From positions 62,001 to 126,000 of the forward strand of contig CAUYUJ010000314.1 of assembly GCA_963575745.1 (NCBI GenBank): DNA of 64,000 bases, given 5' to 3'. The translations under genes and the position numbers were made by a program. Source of the DNA: Prorocentrum cordatum (lineage: Eukaryota). A model generated the notes under the pieces. It saw only the letters and a program-made list of their open reading frames with translations, was not told the origin of the DNA and did no database searches. Below, piece after piece: positions 40,696-52,181 of this stretch (positions are counted from its first letter, which is position 1; each line of letters opens with the position of its first letter).

Positions 40696-42052
40696 GTCAC
40701 AGGTCTCATGCCGCTCTGAACCACGCTGGCGACTTCGAGCGCAATAGCAGCGGCAGCGGCGGTGGCATTGTTGTATTTTGCCAGCGGCGCTTGCGATGAT
40801 GGCCGCTGTAGTGCCGACGACGGTGGTGACCGTGTTGATGGTCATGATGGCCGCTCTGGCCGTGATGACGATTGGACATAAACGCCCAGGAGATCGGTAA
40901 GTCGGGGATCCGGGGCTCTTGAAGAGTATGCTCAGTTGTCCGGGTTCAGTTTGAGGGTTCTTGAGTGCCTGACGACATTCCTCTCCGTGCTTTGGGGCCT
41001 GCTTTGGGTCTCTTGGGGGCCTCCTGGAGCTTCTCGAGGGCTCTTCGGGGCCTGCTGGCGGTCTCGGGGTCACCTTAGGTCTTCGGGTGGAGGGCTCGAA
41101 ATGTCGGTTCGTGTGAACCCTCTGAACCCTCTCTGGGGCCTCTCTTGCGCCCCTTTTGGGACCCTCTTGGGCCGTCTTGGCGACCTCTTGGGTCGTCTTG
41201 GGTAGCTCTCGGGCCATCTGGGGGCCCTCTTTGGGGCCTCTTGGGGCGATCTTGGGGGTCTATTGGGCCGTCATGCAGCGTCGGAAGCCTGAAAAGGCGA
41301 GACCGCGAACATCCGCCGACAACCTACGGAACATAACTGATGTTGGCGTTTTGGGACCCTCTTGGGATTGCACTTCGAGCCCTTTCGGGGCGTCTTGGGG
41401 ACATCTTGTGCCGTCTCGAGGCCATCTTGGTGTCTTGGAGCGATCTTTTGGCGACTCGAGGCCCTCTTGGACCGTTCTGGGAGCCTCTCGGGGCCCTCTG
41501 GCCCCGTTTTGGGGCGCTCTCAGTTCCGAGCAAGTTGTGCGGTGACACTCCCTGTGCGTGGCACGCCCTGGCAGAACCGAGAATTCGGCGTCTGGGCCTC
41601 GTATTCTTCATTCGCTCAGGACTGAGGATGGAGAAATTCAAGGGGCCTGATGACACTCCAGCTCGTGCCTCATGGCACGGTGGCAGGTAATAGCGACCAG
41701 GGTGCTATCCGGGTGCAGGTCGGGATCTCGCAGTGGTAGTCTGAGGCACACTTCGCGCGATGCGGTGTTGAGGTTGTTATCCGTAAGGGCTTCGCCCCCT
41801 GCCGCCGGCCCCCTCTCTCGGAGAATGGGCCATGGAAGAGCTAAGTCATGAGGCCTTGGCGCTGTCGTGAAGCAGTATCGAAACTTCATGCGAAGCCGAT
41901 TCGCAATCAGCAAAACCAACTGATCACAAGAGGGGTTACCACACCTGGCGATTGGTAAGACGTGTATGGTTTACGGGCTTGGTTACCACACCTTGCGATT
42001 AAAGGGCCGAGGGAGTTCTCGCAGTTTGGGTTACCACGCCTTGCGATGGATG

Positions 42053-42501
42053 TGCGTGAAGGGTGGCACCGAATTTCAGAAATGTAGCAAATCCCTTGTG
42101 TTTTTGGACCCTGACCCCGCGGATCTGCGTGAGGGGTGGCACCGAATTTCAGAAATGTGGCAAATCCCATGTGTTTTTGGACCCTGACCCGCGGATCTGC
42201 GTGAGGGGTGGCACCGAATTTCAGAAATGTGGCAAATCCTCTGTGTTTTTGGACCCTGACCCCGCGGATCTGCGTGAGGGGTGGCACCGAATTTCAGAAA
42301 TGTGGCAAATCCTCTGTGTTTTTGGACCCTGACCCCGCGGATCTGCGTGAGGGGTGGCACCGAATTTCAGAAATGTTGCAAATCCTCTGTGTTTTTGGAC
42401 CCTGACCCCGCGGATCTGCGTGAGGGGTGGCACCGAATTTCAGAAATGTGGCAAATCCCTTGTGTTTTTGGACCCTGACCCCGCCGATCTGTGTGAGGGG
42501 T
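42053..42501. repeat. 73-bp minisatellite, six near-identical copies plus a partial one
   Basis: Unit starts at 42053, 42126, 42198, 42271, 42344, 42417 and 42490. Confidence 0.97.
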
Positions 42502-43259
42502 GTTGATTTCGAGCCCCCCCAGCAATTCAGACAACGCGCCCAGGGGGTGCTAAAATGCCGGTTTGGGCCTCCCCCCCCTCGCGCGGTCAATCAATTAGTT
42601 ACAGTAACCAGCAATAAGCAGAACTGTAACACTGGAAACTACAAGCTACAACTGGTACAGGAAACTGCGAATCCCGCGCCTACAGCCTGGTGGCCCCGCA
42701 AGGGGGCCGGCGGATTTCTGTTAGTAGTGCCGGTCGCCTTGACAGTTGCATTCGAGTGTACTCAGCAGCGCTCACAATAGGCGTAGCATGAGTGATTGTC
42801 GTGAAGTAGTGGCATCAACACTAGTAGCAGTAGCGGTACCACTGTCCGTGCTAACGAGTTGACGATGGCCCAGTGCGGGACAGTAGTTTGCTAGCAGCAG
42901 AATTGTTGAAGAGTGGTTGCAATAGAATGTACAAATGCCTGGAAGCGCTGGTGGTGGGCGGACAGACTGGGAATCAGGGGTGGTGGTGGTTGTGGTGGTG
43001 TGTGTGCTGGCATGGCAGTCGTGCGATGGGTGGTGCGGCGTGATCAGCGCTGGTGGTGAGTTGCAAATGAACTGTTTGGTAGTGCAACCGTGTGGGAATG
43101 TAGTGGCACGTCTGCTGTGACACATCATGGTAGCCTTGTGATGGAAAACGTGATCCTGGCTCTGGGGGGTAAGACCGCGATTGAGCACGAACCGATTCAG
43201 CGCAAACATCGGAAGCAGGAAGCATCTCGGATGCGAGCTTCCAGCGAACAAGCTGTGCC

Positions 43260-43281
43260 TCCATGGCCATATTTGCTCAGG
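43260..43281 (+). promoter_or_regulatory. Older relic DinoSL upstream of the ankyrin-gene start codon
   Basis: TCCATGGCCATATTTGCTCAGG vs DCCGTAGCCATTTTGGCTCAAG: ungapped 16/21, ending 43 nt before ATG 43325. Confidence 0.6.
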
Positions 43282-43324
43282 GCCGAACTCCTCAATCTCC
43301 CCGCTTCCGCTCGTTCGGCTGCCA

Positions 43325-43800
43325 ATGGGCACGTGCGAGTCCAAGGATGGCGCCACGGAGCCAGAGACGACCGCACCGGAACCGCTCCTGGAAGGGCAGA
43401 TCAAAGGTTTGGGTGTTGCCAGAAGCGTCTTGGCCCAATGCCAGCAGCGAGTGAGGGGCGGAAGTGAGACGGGGCGGGCCATCTCAGAAGTCTCCGAAGT
43501 CCCCTGGCCTTCCGAGAAGTTTTCTAAGCCTTCCCCGAAGACGCAGGAAACCTCTCAGAAGACGGCGGGGGCTCCCTCGTTGGCCGCCGGCAAGGTGTCC
43601 CCGGGATCTCCGAAGGGAGGCCTTCCGAGCACCCCCCACGGAGGCCCACCGAGGGCCCCGGGGGCTCCGAGGTGGGCCGAGGAGCTGGGGACGCCCTGGG
43701 CCAGGGACGCCCTCCTGGAGATCTGCCTTCCCGAAGGATTTGCAGCATCGTGCAGCAGCATTGGTGACGCCCTGGGCCCAATCTTTTCGGCGACTCCGAG
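43325..43800 (+). CDS. 5' coding part of the multi-exon ankyrin-domain gene (MGTCESKD...; probable in-frame 249-nt intron 43456-43704)
   Basis: MG-x-C N-terminus; QCQQRVR joins DALLEICLPEGF across an AGGG direct repeat; AG|GC donor at 43801. Its link to the next exon is unresolved. Confidence 0.5.
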
Positions 43801-44132
43801 GCGGTAATGTATGCATGACCACCGCCTGGAGGGTCAGTTTTCGAGTACCTCGGCGGGCGGTGGACATGGACGTATTCGGCCCCCCGGGGGCCACAAGTCT
43901 GTCCACATCCACCGCCCGCTGGGGCACCGGGACGTCGGTTCCCAGGCGGTGGATGTGGACAACTCCCCGCCTCGCAGCGACGCTTCTCGAGCCGGATCGA
44001 CCTGTGAGGGTCCCTGGCGCCCGCCGTGAGAGAGCTGCGGCGCCCAGATCTCAGGGCCTCTGGCAGCCCTCGGAAGGTTTCCCGCCCCACTGGGGGCGCC
44101 CCCCTCGCCACGGCACCAACGCCGCCGAGCAG

Positions 44133-44258
44133 GCCGTGCCCTGGCCCGCGGGCTACGGGCAGGGAAGCGCCTCGACCGCGGAGTGGATCAGGGCGAAGAT
44201 GGCCGCGGACCTCGGTGCGATCCGGCCGTTCCCGCTGGAGTGGGGGGACCCACCGGAG
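44133..44258 (+). CDS. Exon (AVPWPAGYGQGSASTAEWIRAKMAADLGAIRPFPLEWGDPPE)
   Basis: CAG|G acceptor and GAG|GC donor. The peptide resembles VEWPEGWGVGAKSVGEWI formed across the 52544/52756 junction. Confidence 0.65.
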
Positions 44259-45099
44259 GCCGTCATACATCTACAACGCCCCGCGACGCCTGAAGCAAGT
44301 CTTGCCGACCCCCCCCCCTCGCCCCCGCTTTCGGTGTTCCGTGGCGCGCGCGACACGGCCCGCGGACGCTGACGGCACTTTGAAGTCGTTTGTTTCGGCA
44401 TGAGGATTGTCATTTGTTTCGGCCTAAAAATTGAACTTCGGGGGCCTGGGGGTGCCGACGCGGGGCAGGAACAAACTTGCTTCCAGTTTCGCAGAGGGAT
44501 GTAGGCCTCCCAAATGGGGTCCGAGCATATGGGGTCGGGGGATTGCGCCGCTCGCCGATGCGTCGGCGATGCGGCTCGATGCGGGGCCCGATTTTCTCCT
44601 CGCCGACGTCGCGGATACGTCGCCGACGTCGCCGATGCATCGCCGATACATCAACGATGCGCCGACGATGCATCGACGATGCAGCGCGGTCCCCCGACCC
44701 CATCCACTCCGACCCCATTCGGGATGCCTCCTTTTGTGTAGTCCCAGGCATGCAACGTCTTGCACGCATCAGGGCTGATTTTTGGCCGGCGTCTTCGGCC
44801 TCGGGGGGCCCTCGCCAGGCCCCGGGGACCGCCGCGAAAGATTCGGGACGAACAACCGGCCCTGGGGAGGGGGGAGGGAGGAGGCAGGACCAGCGCTCAG
44901 ACTGAAGGGGGGGGTTCGGGCCGTCCTGAGCATCAATCCGCTGCCCCTCTGGGGGGCTATCACGGCAAACGACAGGGACAGCCACGGAGACAGGCGGATG
45001 GCTCTCGTCTCGTGAAACGATCCAGGCTTACATCTCCCCACTCGGTTTACCAATCTTCTCGAGGTCGGTAGGGGCTGACTCAGCTAGTTCTTTGGCCAG

Positions 45100-45340
45100 C
45101 TGGGCCAACGAGGTCGGAACTTCCAAAATTATCGGCGAGTTGGCGGCCCCCTTGGCATGTCTACCCTCCATAGCACGTTGCTTGTGTAGCCTTCTGCCAT
45201 GGTTCGGGGCTCGCCTGGGCACTCGTCTTGGAATCCTCGCGTGCCTTCCGTGAAGGTTCCACACTTCCAGCACAGGATCACACTGAACGGGGTAAAATCG
45301 TCAGCATAACCGAAAAAAGTAGGGCTCGTGTCCACGGGGA
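45100..45340 (-). pseudogene. LINE ORF2 C-terminal Cys motif
   Basis: VILCWKCG...ECPG, the same motif type as the fragment at 16526-16801. Confidence 0.55.
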
Positions 45341-45779
45341 TTGTTCACTAAATCGGCGTGAATCTGGCAAAATCCTGGGCAGGTCTCTCGGGCTCGTCGC
45401 TGCATGGCAGATTGACTGCCGCATCGTTGTCTACAAGCAGCGCGCAGCAAACTTTTCTCCCAGGGGTGCCATTGGTGCTTTCTCGGTCTTTCCGTAGTGG
45501 AGAAGGGGGGAGGGCTCACAGGTGAGGGCGGGGGGGGAAGGTCCCAAGAGGTTCCAGCCGCTGCCGCCCCCGTGGGCGGGTTCTCAAGCTCTGGATTGGC
45601 TTGTCGACAGCTTTGGCACCAACCCTGGGGGCCACTGTTGGCCACAGCAGTAGGGCCTCTGAAACGAAACGAAGGTGCTTTTAGCTAGCAGTTGCTTCTG
45701 CTGCTCCTGGGCTTCGATGTCAGTCTGACTGGGTTGTGAGGCTCGGGCGGCTGCGATCTTAGCATACCTGTCTGCAGCC

Positions 45780-46340
45780 TCGTTGCCTTTGGCCCTTCTC
45801 CGATCAAGAAAGGCAGGCTGAGCTCAGAAATGTTGACGTGCGCTTTGATCTTGTTTAACTCAGTGTGTGAATTACCTACCCCGCTTTCGCTTCCAAGCAA
45901 AACCAAGTCATACCACGCGCCTCCTCGTCAAGCGGCCTGACCAGTACAGGCCGTAGTTTGGCATCGCTTGGTATCTCTTGGAAGCGAGGGTGGTCAAAAG
46001 CGAGGTAGGTTTGTTTCCCCCTATTAACCGCGGCCCCAGAGGGGGTCGAACAGCCGCCGCCCAGGACCTTGAAGGCCCCATAAACAATCGGTCCTGGCGA
46101 GATCGGCCTTCTTATGCACGTCTATGGCTCCTTGATCATCAGCAGCAATCACAGCACAGTGCTCAGCAGCGGGGGAGGAGGAAGGGAGGCGACTGCCCAC
46201 GCGCCCGATGAGGTAGGCAAGAACTTCTCCGTGCCCATCGATCGATATGACCGACCAGCCCGCTACGTTATAAGCTTTACGGCCCCCTGGTTTCAAGCAG
46301 GATCCGTCCGTGAAAATTTCGCCCGTCAGGGCCTCCTCAG
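45780..46340 (-). pseudogene. LINE ORF2 RNase H domain
   Basis: IFTDGSC...AGWSV...SSPAAEHCAVI in ORF 46024-47127, and KIKAHV at ~45835-45855. Confidence 0.82.
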
Positions 46341-47099
46341 GCCTAAGACTAGGGTCTCTGCACCCAAACTCGGCATATTCGAACCCAAACCTCTCAGGAG
46401 CCCCGTTATCGAATTCTGGTTGGAATTGATACCCGTATGCTAAAGCCAGATCAGACACCCTCGAAATCGTGTCAAGCTCGTCTCTCGTAAAAGGCTCTCT
46501 AAGGGCGGCGCTGAGAGGGCAGTGCAAGCGGCGGTGCTTCAAATCATCCCTAGCATGCCAGCGCTGGCACCGGTCGCCTGTATCATAGCCTGCACTCTGC
46601 AGGCGCGCGTTGGTCCAGGTGCTTTGGGTGAGAAAACTAATCCGGGTGGATCTGGCTTTCTTGGGTAAGGTAGGCTCCACCAGTATTTTCCTAGCTATAT
46701 CCACATGAAGGGTCTCCTGGGGGTGTCCTAGCTTCTGGGCTGCCTTCCTAAGGACGACCTGTTCCCAGGCCTCCTGCATCTTTCGCGAAATCATTTTGGG
46801 CGTGCAGGTTGCAAGCGGCAGTCGGGATCCGCTCGCATCCTGCAGCTCAGAAGCAGAAAAGACGCTCCAGTCAATGCTACGCAGGGATAATAAAGCAGCC
46901 CCAAAGGGACCCCTTTCGGCAGCCCGTTTGGAAGGAGGGGCTTGGAGGATGGGCTCAGCGAGGGCCTTCAGTTCTAGGAGTTCCCGAGGATGTTTCGGTC
47001 GGGTCGCAGCGCGCCAAACCGTCGTGGCCCAAGTCAAGGCGGGTCCGAGTCCCGCTCTCCGCGTGGGGTCTTCCAGCACCGCCAGGCTCAGAGATCGAC

Positions 47100-48640
47100 T
47101 GCGCGTCGCGCGAAGGGGGCCCGCCATCTTAATGTGCTCAGTCTGGAGGCTCTGGAGCTCTTGTCGACGCCAACCGCTTCCGTGCCATGCGTGCGGGACG
47201 GCTGAAGTCCCGTCTTCCAGAGTTTACGTGTGTCCCCTCCCGCAATCCTTATGGCCCGTATTCGGTGCCGTCTGTTGTTCTGCCTAACGAAGCGTTTGTA
47301 CAGGGTGGCCTTGGCGAGTCTTTTCTTGCATCTAAGACGCGAGGCCCCCGCGGAGCTATCCGTGCCCAAATCGGTGGCTGCATGTGCATCGGTCGGGCCT
47401 GCGTATTCCCCAAGGCCTTCCGCAGGAGTCCACGCAGTCTGGCGGTGGAAACTATGACCTGGGCCTCGTGCAATGCGAGCTTGCAGTCTAACTCGTCCTG
47501 CGCGAGGTTGGCGAGCCTAGCCGCGGAGCGTTGCAACTGTCGGACTAGGGCTTGCGGATCGTAATGTTAGCGTCCCAGGAATAGGTCGTCTATAAACGTC
47601 TGCAGGTCCGTGCCCTGGGGGTTTTTGAAGGTCCAGGCGTCCAAAGGGCCCAGGTTGTAAACTTGAACTAAAGGAGGTCGCCCATCCACAACCAGCTGCA
47701 ATACCTCGGGTAGGGTGGTCCACAACTTGGACCAGGTTTCGGGTTGCAACAAGTCTCGCGCTGCTGTACTGGCTTAAACTGACCTTTCAGAAGGACGCTG
47801 CTAAAGCTTGTGTCGTGGGCCCTCTCTATCAGCTTCTGGTGATTCAGGTGCTCATAGTAGTTGCTGAGGTCCCACGACGCAGCTCCTGAGTGAAGCGGCT
47901 CTCGGCAGATCACTCCGTGCTCCGCCTTGAGACTCTGGCGAACAACAACTTCGGTGATACTCTGTCCCGCCTGGTGGGCTAGGAACGGGCGTCGGTGTAT
48001 GGCCTCCCATCGTCGGGCTTCTCTTTGTCGGACCTTGGACCAACTTCAGTACATCCCTGGCACCATCCCAGTGCCTCGGAACTGGGCAGTAGTTCGTTGG
48101 GTGTTTTTTTGGCTTTTTTTAGGGGCCAGGACCGAGATCATCGCTTGCAACTGGGTGGGCATATCACTTATCTTCTCGACAAGATGCTGGAAGCGACAAA
48201 CTAGGCCATCTTGTTCACGCGTCAGGCTCTGGAAATGCTCGGGGTGAAGTCCGTCCCAAGCCGAGGCCGTTGCATGCGAGTGCTGTTTGGCGGCGTCAAT
48301 GAGGTCCTGGGGCTCGATTGGGGAGAGATATGGCTCAAGTGGTCCTGGGGACGCATGGTATTGAGGCCTTTCCTCCGTAGTATCCCAAAGGTCACTGAGT
48401 CGCTCGGCTTCGAATTCCAGTAACATCGAGGGTCGGCCCGTCCAGATGCCTTTCCTGGGGATTTCTTCGGGGCTCCACGCGTCCAGGTTCTGCGCCCATC
48501 TGTGGGCCCACCCAGCACTGCCTTGCGTGCCCACCCGTGCCCGCTCGTGCCGAGCTTTCGTACCATCGCGTTTTTCAAACTCGACCTCCTGGCCCAGATT
48601 CTTCGATTTTCTCCAGAACTTCATCCAGGGCAGCACGTCC
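47100..48640 (-). pseudogene. LINE ORF2 reverse transcriptase domain, disrupted
   Basis: Motifs TASAWDGLHP, LAPKK, WSKVR, WDLSNYYEHLNH, RGIAAGCGWAT and catalytic FIDD (47585-47596), spread over several frames. Confidence 0.9.
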
Positions 48641-48979
48641 CAGATCGGGGCGCAGGACCTTGGCAGTCACATCCAAAACAATGCCAATCAGGAACTGGCG
48701 GGTAGTCTCTAGGCGCTCGGAGAAACTCTGGCTCGTTAAACTCGGGTGCATCCTCGAGGCACTCGGTAATCTCGCCGAGGTCGTTGGCGTCTAACTTCGC
48801 TAACTTGAAGTTGAGCTGCTGTGCGATATTCCTAAGCCATCGTAGGGGTCCAGCGCGAGACTTCCAGGCGAATCGGTGTTCTTTCAAACGTTGTTTCGCC
48901 TGGATCCACTTGACCCTGGGATGACGAGCCTTGGGCCGAGAAGTCGTTTTCAAAACCGTGCCAGTCAATTCGGCAATCG

Positions 48980-49900
48980 TTACCCCGCGGTCCGTGGCCA
49001 GAAAGTGATAGACTTGATCAAGGGCAGCTTGGTTTCCCCCTGGATCGGCGCGGCAGTCTCGTTATTCAGGATCCCCTCTGCGGCGTCGAGCGCTGCTTCC
49101 GTGGTTATCCACTCTCGCTCTGGGGGCTTGGGCCCAAAAACAGGCTGGGTGGGCAGGCGTTGCGGCTTGCAAAGAACAGGGGCTGTGAATTTCTGTCCCA
49201 CCTTGATGCAACTGCTTACTGGGCGGTGTGGGGACAGTGGATATGCTGTGCGCACTCGGGGGTCATGAAGTACATGTTGCAGACATCCACTATAAACAAA
49301 TCGATCCAAACAGCTCTGGGAGGTCCTAGTTCTGCGCGTGGGGGAGGAGGGGTGTATGATTTGCATGCCAGCGCGCTGTGTGAAATCGTGCTTCCTGAGC
49401 TTGGTGGGGCACATTGAAACCTCCTGCTATGCACATAGGTATTTGATTCCCATTGTGTAAAATGGCGGTGACCGCCAGCACGTTCAAGTTGGTCTAATTC
49501 AAGTCGGTGCTAACTTGCCTGCGCGCGGATAGAATTCTTATGATACCGAGTCCAGGCAGCTCTACCCTGGCACCAGCCAGGCGTCCCTGTGGAAGAACTT
49601 CTTGAGCTTCCCTTGGAATTTTCATGTCCTGGATCCCGAAGTCAAAACCATCCTGAAACAAAGCAGAATCTCCAGCTGACGGGGTGCCCGTAGAACTGAT
49701 TGCGCCCATCTCAAACACAATTTTCCATCCATGTCGCTCATGCCACTGACTGGCGTAAGTGATAGACTGCGTGGTGCGCAGCTTTGTCTCCTGTGCGCGG
49801 ATGACGTGGTCATCTGTGGCGTGCTCAGAACGGATGTACTCTTTGACCTGCGGCCAGCAGCTGCTGTTGATGGTAGTGATGCTGATGTTGCTACCCACGC
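48980..49900 (-). pseudogene. LINE ORF2 apurinic/apyrimidinic (APE) endonuclease domain, frameshifted
   Basis: Motifs ISITTIN, AQETKL, GWK...TGTPSAG, IAGGFN (GDFN equivalent), CLDRFV and LSPHRPV (SDH equivalent). Confidence 0.85.
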
Positions 49901-51059
49901 GCTGGGACCGCAGGACGCTCTGCGGCATGTTGGGCAGCAGCAGTCTCCGCCGTGAGCTTGAGCTTCTTGCTGGCTTCTTCGCCGTGGAGCTCCTGCTTGG
50001 CGATGTTGGCCTGGCAATTGACGAGCTGTTCGGCGGCGCGCTTCCTGGCGGCCTCCATCTGCGCGTCATCGTCGCTGGGGACAGGGTGGACAGAGGCATC
50101 TGGGGGAACCTCAGCCTTGATAGGCTCGCCCTCAGGATCCTGGCCCGCCCTTGGGAGTGGTTCTTCGTCGTCAGCTCTATCCTAGGCCTTGATCCTCTCC
50201 TGGTCGTTGCTGTTCTCCTCCGTCGCCTTCTGCTGGTGCTCGATGGTCACGAGAATCTTCGCCATGGCCAGGAGGTGTTGGTCGAGTTCTTTCGGGATGT
50301 GGTCAGCAGGCTTGTCGATCCTCGCAGCGATGAGGGAGCGCATGGCATCTGACATCGGCACTTCTGCGCCATGCGCTGGGCCGCTGTCTGCTGGGCCACC
50401 TGCAACTGCGTCTGCAGGCGGTACACGTCCTTGTGGGCCTCTTGGTAGTCGTCCAAAGCTCTGGCGTGCTTCTCTGCGACGAGGACCAGCTGCTGGGTGA
50501 GCTGGTTGACCGTGTTCTTGCTGCGTCCGAGCTTTCGCTTGGCCTGTCCGAGCTGGTCGGTGAGGCTCTGGACTTGCTTATCTGGAGTCTTCTCTTGTAG
50601 GGCACGCTGCTTCGCCTGCTTGAGACATTCGACCGCGTCTCGATACTCTTTGTTGCCGTCACCTTTCCACTGCTTCCAGAAAGCCACCTGCGCCTCGGCC
50701 AACTCGATGGCGGAGCTGTGCTCCACAGCAGGCTTGGTGGCGATGGCGGCCTGGCATCCGTCGAGGTGAGGCTCAGGCGCAACAGGGGGTGCTGGCCGAG
50801 CTGCTGCTGGTGGATCACGAGATCGTCTTCGCCATCGTCCACGTCCTGCCTTCGGCTGCCCTGCTTCTCCTGCGAATGAGACTTGGCGCGGCCGCTGGGA
50901 ACGAGAGGAGGCACCCGTGGCAGACACGTCATCTCCTGCGGACATCTTCTTTGTAGCGAGCTTTGTGCCACATTTGGTGCAATGCGAAGCTCCACGATCC
51001 GCCCATGTCCAGCCGCTGCAGCCGTGCCAGGGGCAGGCGAGATACTTGCCCTGCGCCAT
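49892..51059 (-). pseudogene. LINE ORF1 (N-terminal Zn-ribbon-like Cys motif plus coiled coil)
   Basis: ORF 50247-51059 starts MAQGKYLACPWHGCSGWTWADRGASHCTKCG and has a heptad-like segment (VQSLTDQLGQAKRKLGRSKNTVNQLTQQL). It continues after a frameshift (~50370) and a stop (~50183) to ~49892. Confidence 0.75.
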
Positions 51060-51248
51060 CCCGCCTCCTTCCTAAGCAGTAGAACGATTCCCAGGACGAG
51101 TAGTGCAAGAAGGCCCCGCGGGTGGGGCGGGTGGTCCACACGCTGCTGTGGACGAAACGTGGCCAGAACGGTCTGAGCCTTGGCTGCGGCGGACAGCCAA
51201 AGCTAATCGCTGGTTCTCGGGCGTCGACAGCCCTTTACAACGTTTAGC

Positions 51249-51270
51249 CTTGAGCCAGAATGGCTCCGGG
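51249..51270 (-). promoter_or_regulatory. Relic dinoflagellate spliced leader (DinoSL) at the LINE 5' terminus
   Basis: Minus strand reads CCCGGAGCCATTCTGGCTCAAG vs DCCGTAGCCATTTTGGCTCAAG: 19/21 identity over the invariant part, about 190 nt upstream of the ORF1 ATG. Confidence 0.9.
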
Positions 51271-51436
51271 AGGGAGGAGGGAGGAGGGAGGAGGGAGGAG
51301 GGAGGAGGGAGGAGGAGGAGGAGGGAGGATGGAGGAGGAAGAGGAGGGAGGAGGGAGGAGGGAGGAGGGAGGAGGGAGGAAGGAGGAGGGGGGAGGGAGG
51401 AGGGAGGAGGGAGGATGGAGGAGGGAGGAGGGAGGA
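51268..51436. repeat. (GGGAGGA)n heptamer tract abutting the LINE 5' end
   Basis: Direct reading of the sequence. Confidence 0.9.
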
Positions 51437-51725
51437 ACATCAGCCAGACGTCGCATGTCTCGGGTCGGCCGCGCGCCCAGGGGTGAAGAGGCCGGGGGGG
51501 GCGGGCCCCTCCAGAAGGCGCAGGATGCCCCCAGCCTTCCGAGAAGCTTTCGGGGGCCCCTCCGAGGGCAGTGGCGGCTTCTCAGAAGACCGGGTGGCTG
51601 TGGAGATGCCCCGCCGCCTCGTGTGGCAAGAGCCGAGGTCTCTCAGCTTGCCTCGTGCGTTTGCGTGGCGAGTCTTTGTGTGCCCCACCAGCAGCGGAGC
51701 CTCGGCCGAGCATGCTTGCAGTCAG

Positions 51726-51779
51726 GTTGCTGCAGCATGGCAAGGTCCAAAGGTGGACATTGCTGATTTGTGGTCGATG
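51726..51779 (+). CDS. Exon (VAAAWQGPKVDIADLWSM)
   Basis: CAG|G acceptor and ATG|GC donor; phase 0 with the flanking predicted exons. Confidence 0.5.
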
Positions 51780-51998
51780 GCAGGACAGTGTCGCAGGCCT
51801 AGAGGTTGACACCAACACCAAGATCGGCGGTGTGCCTCCACCGAGGGAAGACGATCCCGATCTCTGTGATGGTGGTAATATTCTTGCTGCCAAGGTGACC
51901 GAAATATTACCACCAACACCGAAATCGAGGATCATCTTCCCCCTGTGGAGGCAACCCCCTGTGCTGGTGTTGGTGCCAATTTCCGGGCCTCCCACATG
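51780..51998. mobile_element. Palindromic MITE-like element flanked by an 18-bp direct repeat
   Basis: Imperfect fold-back 51795-51990. GCTG(A/G)TTTGTGGT(C/T)GATG occurs at 51762-51779 and 51999-52016. Confidence 0.7.
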
Positions 51999-52181
51999 GC
52001 TGGTTTGTGGTTGATGTCGGGCGCTCCGGGCGAGTGGCAGGCGTCACCGCTCCCAGTGCCTGTCGGCTCGGCGAGGACGCATCGTGCTTCACTCTGCCTC
52101 AGCACCCCGGCGAGGCAACAAACATGCCAAGTCATGAGCAGGCTTCCCCCTGCCTCTTCCCCTTGCTGGCGCGCTGCCCAG

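Larger units (their letters stand above)
44890..51270 (-). mobile_element. Near full-length, decayed non-LTR retrotransposon (LINE): SL-capped 5' end, ORF1, ORF2 = APE endonuclease + RT + RNase H + C-terminal Cys motif
   Basis: Domains occur in canonical order on the minus strand (see component features), with multiple frameshifts and stops. The 5' end coincides with a DinoSL relic next to a (GGGAGGA)n tract. The 3' boundary is approximate; a similar GGGAGGGAGGAGG tract lies at ~44865-44885. Confidence 0.93.

Noticed and set aside
42053..42501. CRISPR-like regular array
   Set aside because: The units repeat along their full length with no unique spacers, there are no cas genes, and the context is eukaryotic.
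48326..48340. TGGCTCAAG match
   Set aside because: It is antisense within LINE ORF2 and is a chance match.
51571..52014. 147-aa ORF as a single exon
   Set aside because: Most of it lies in the palindromic insertion; only 51726-51779 in another frame fits the gene model.
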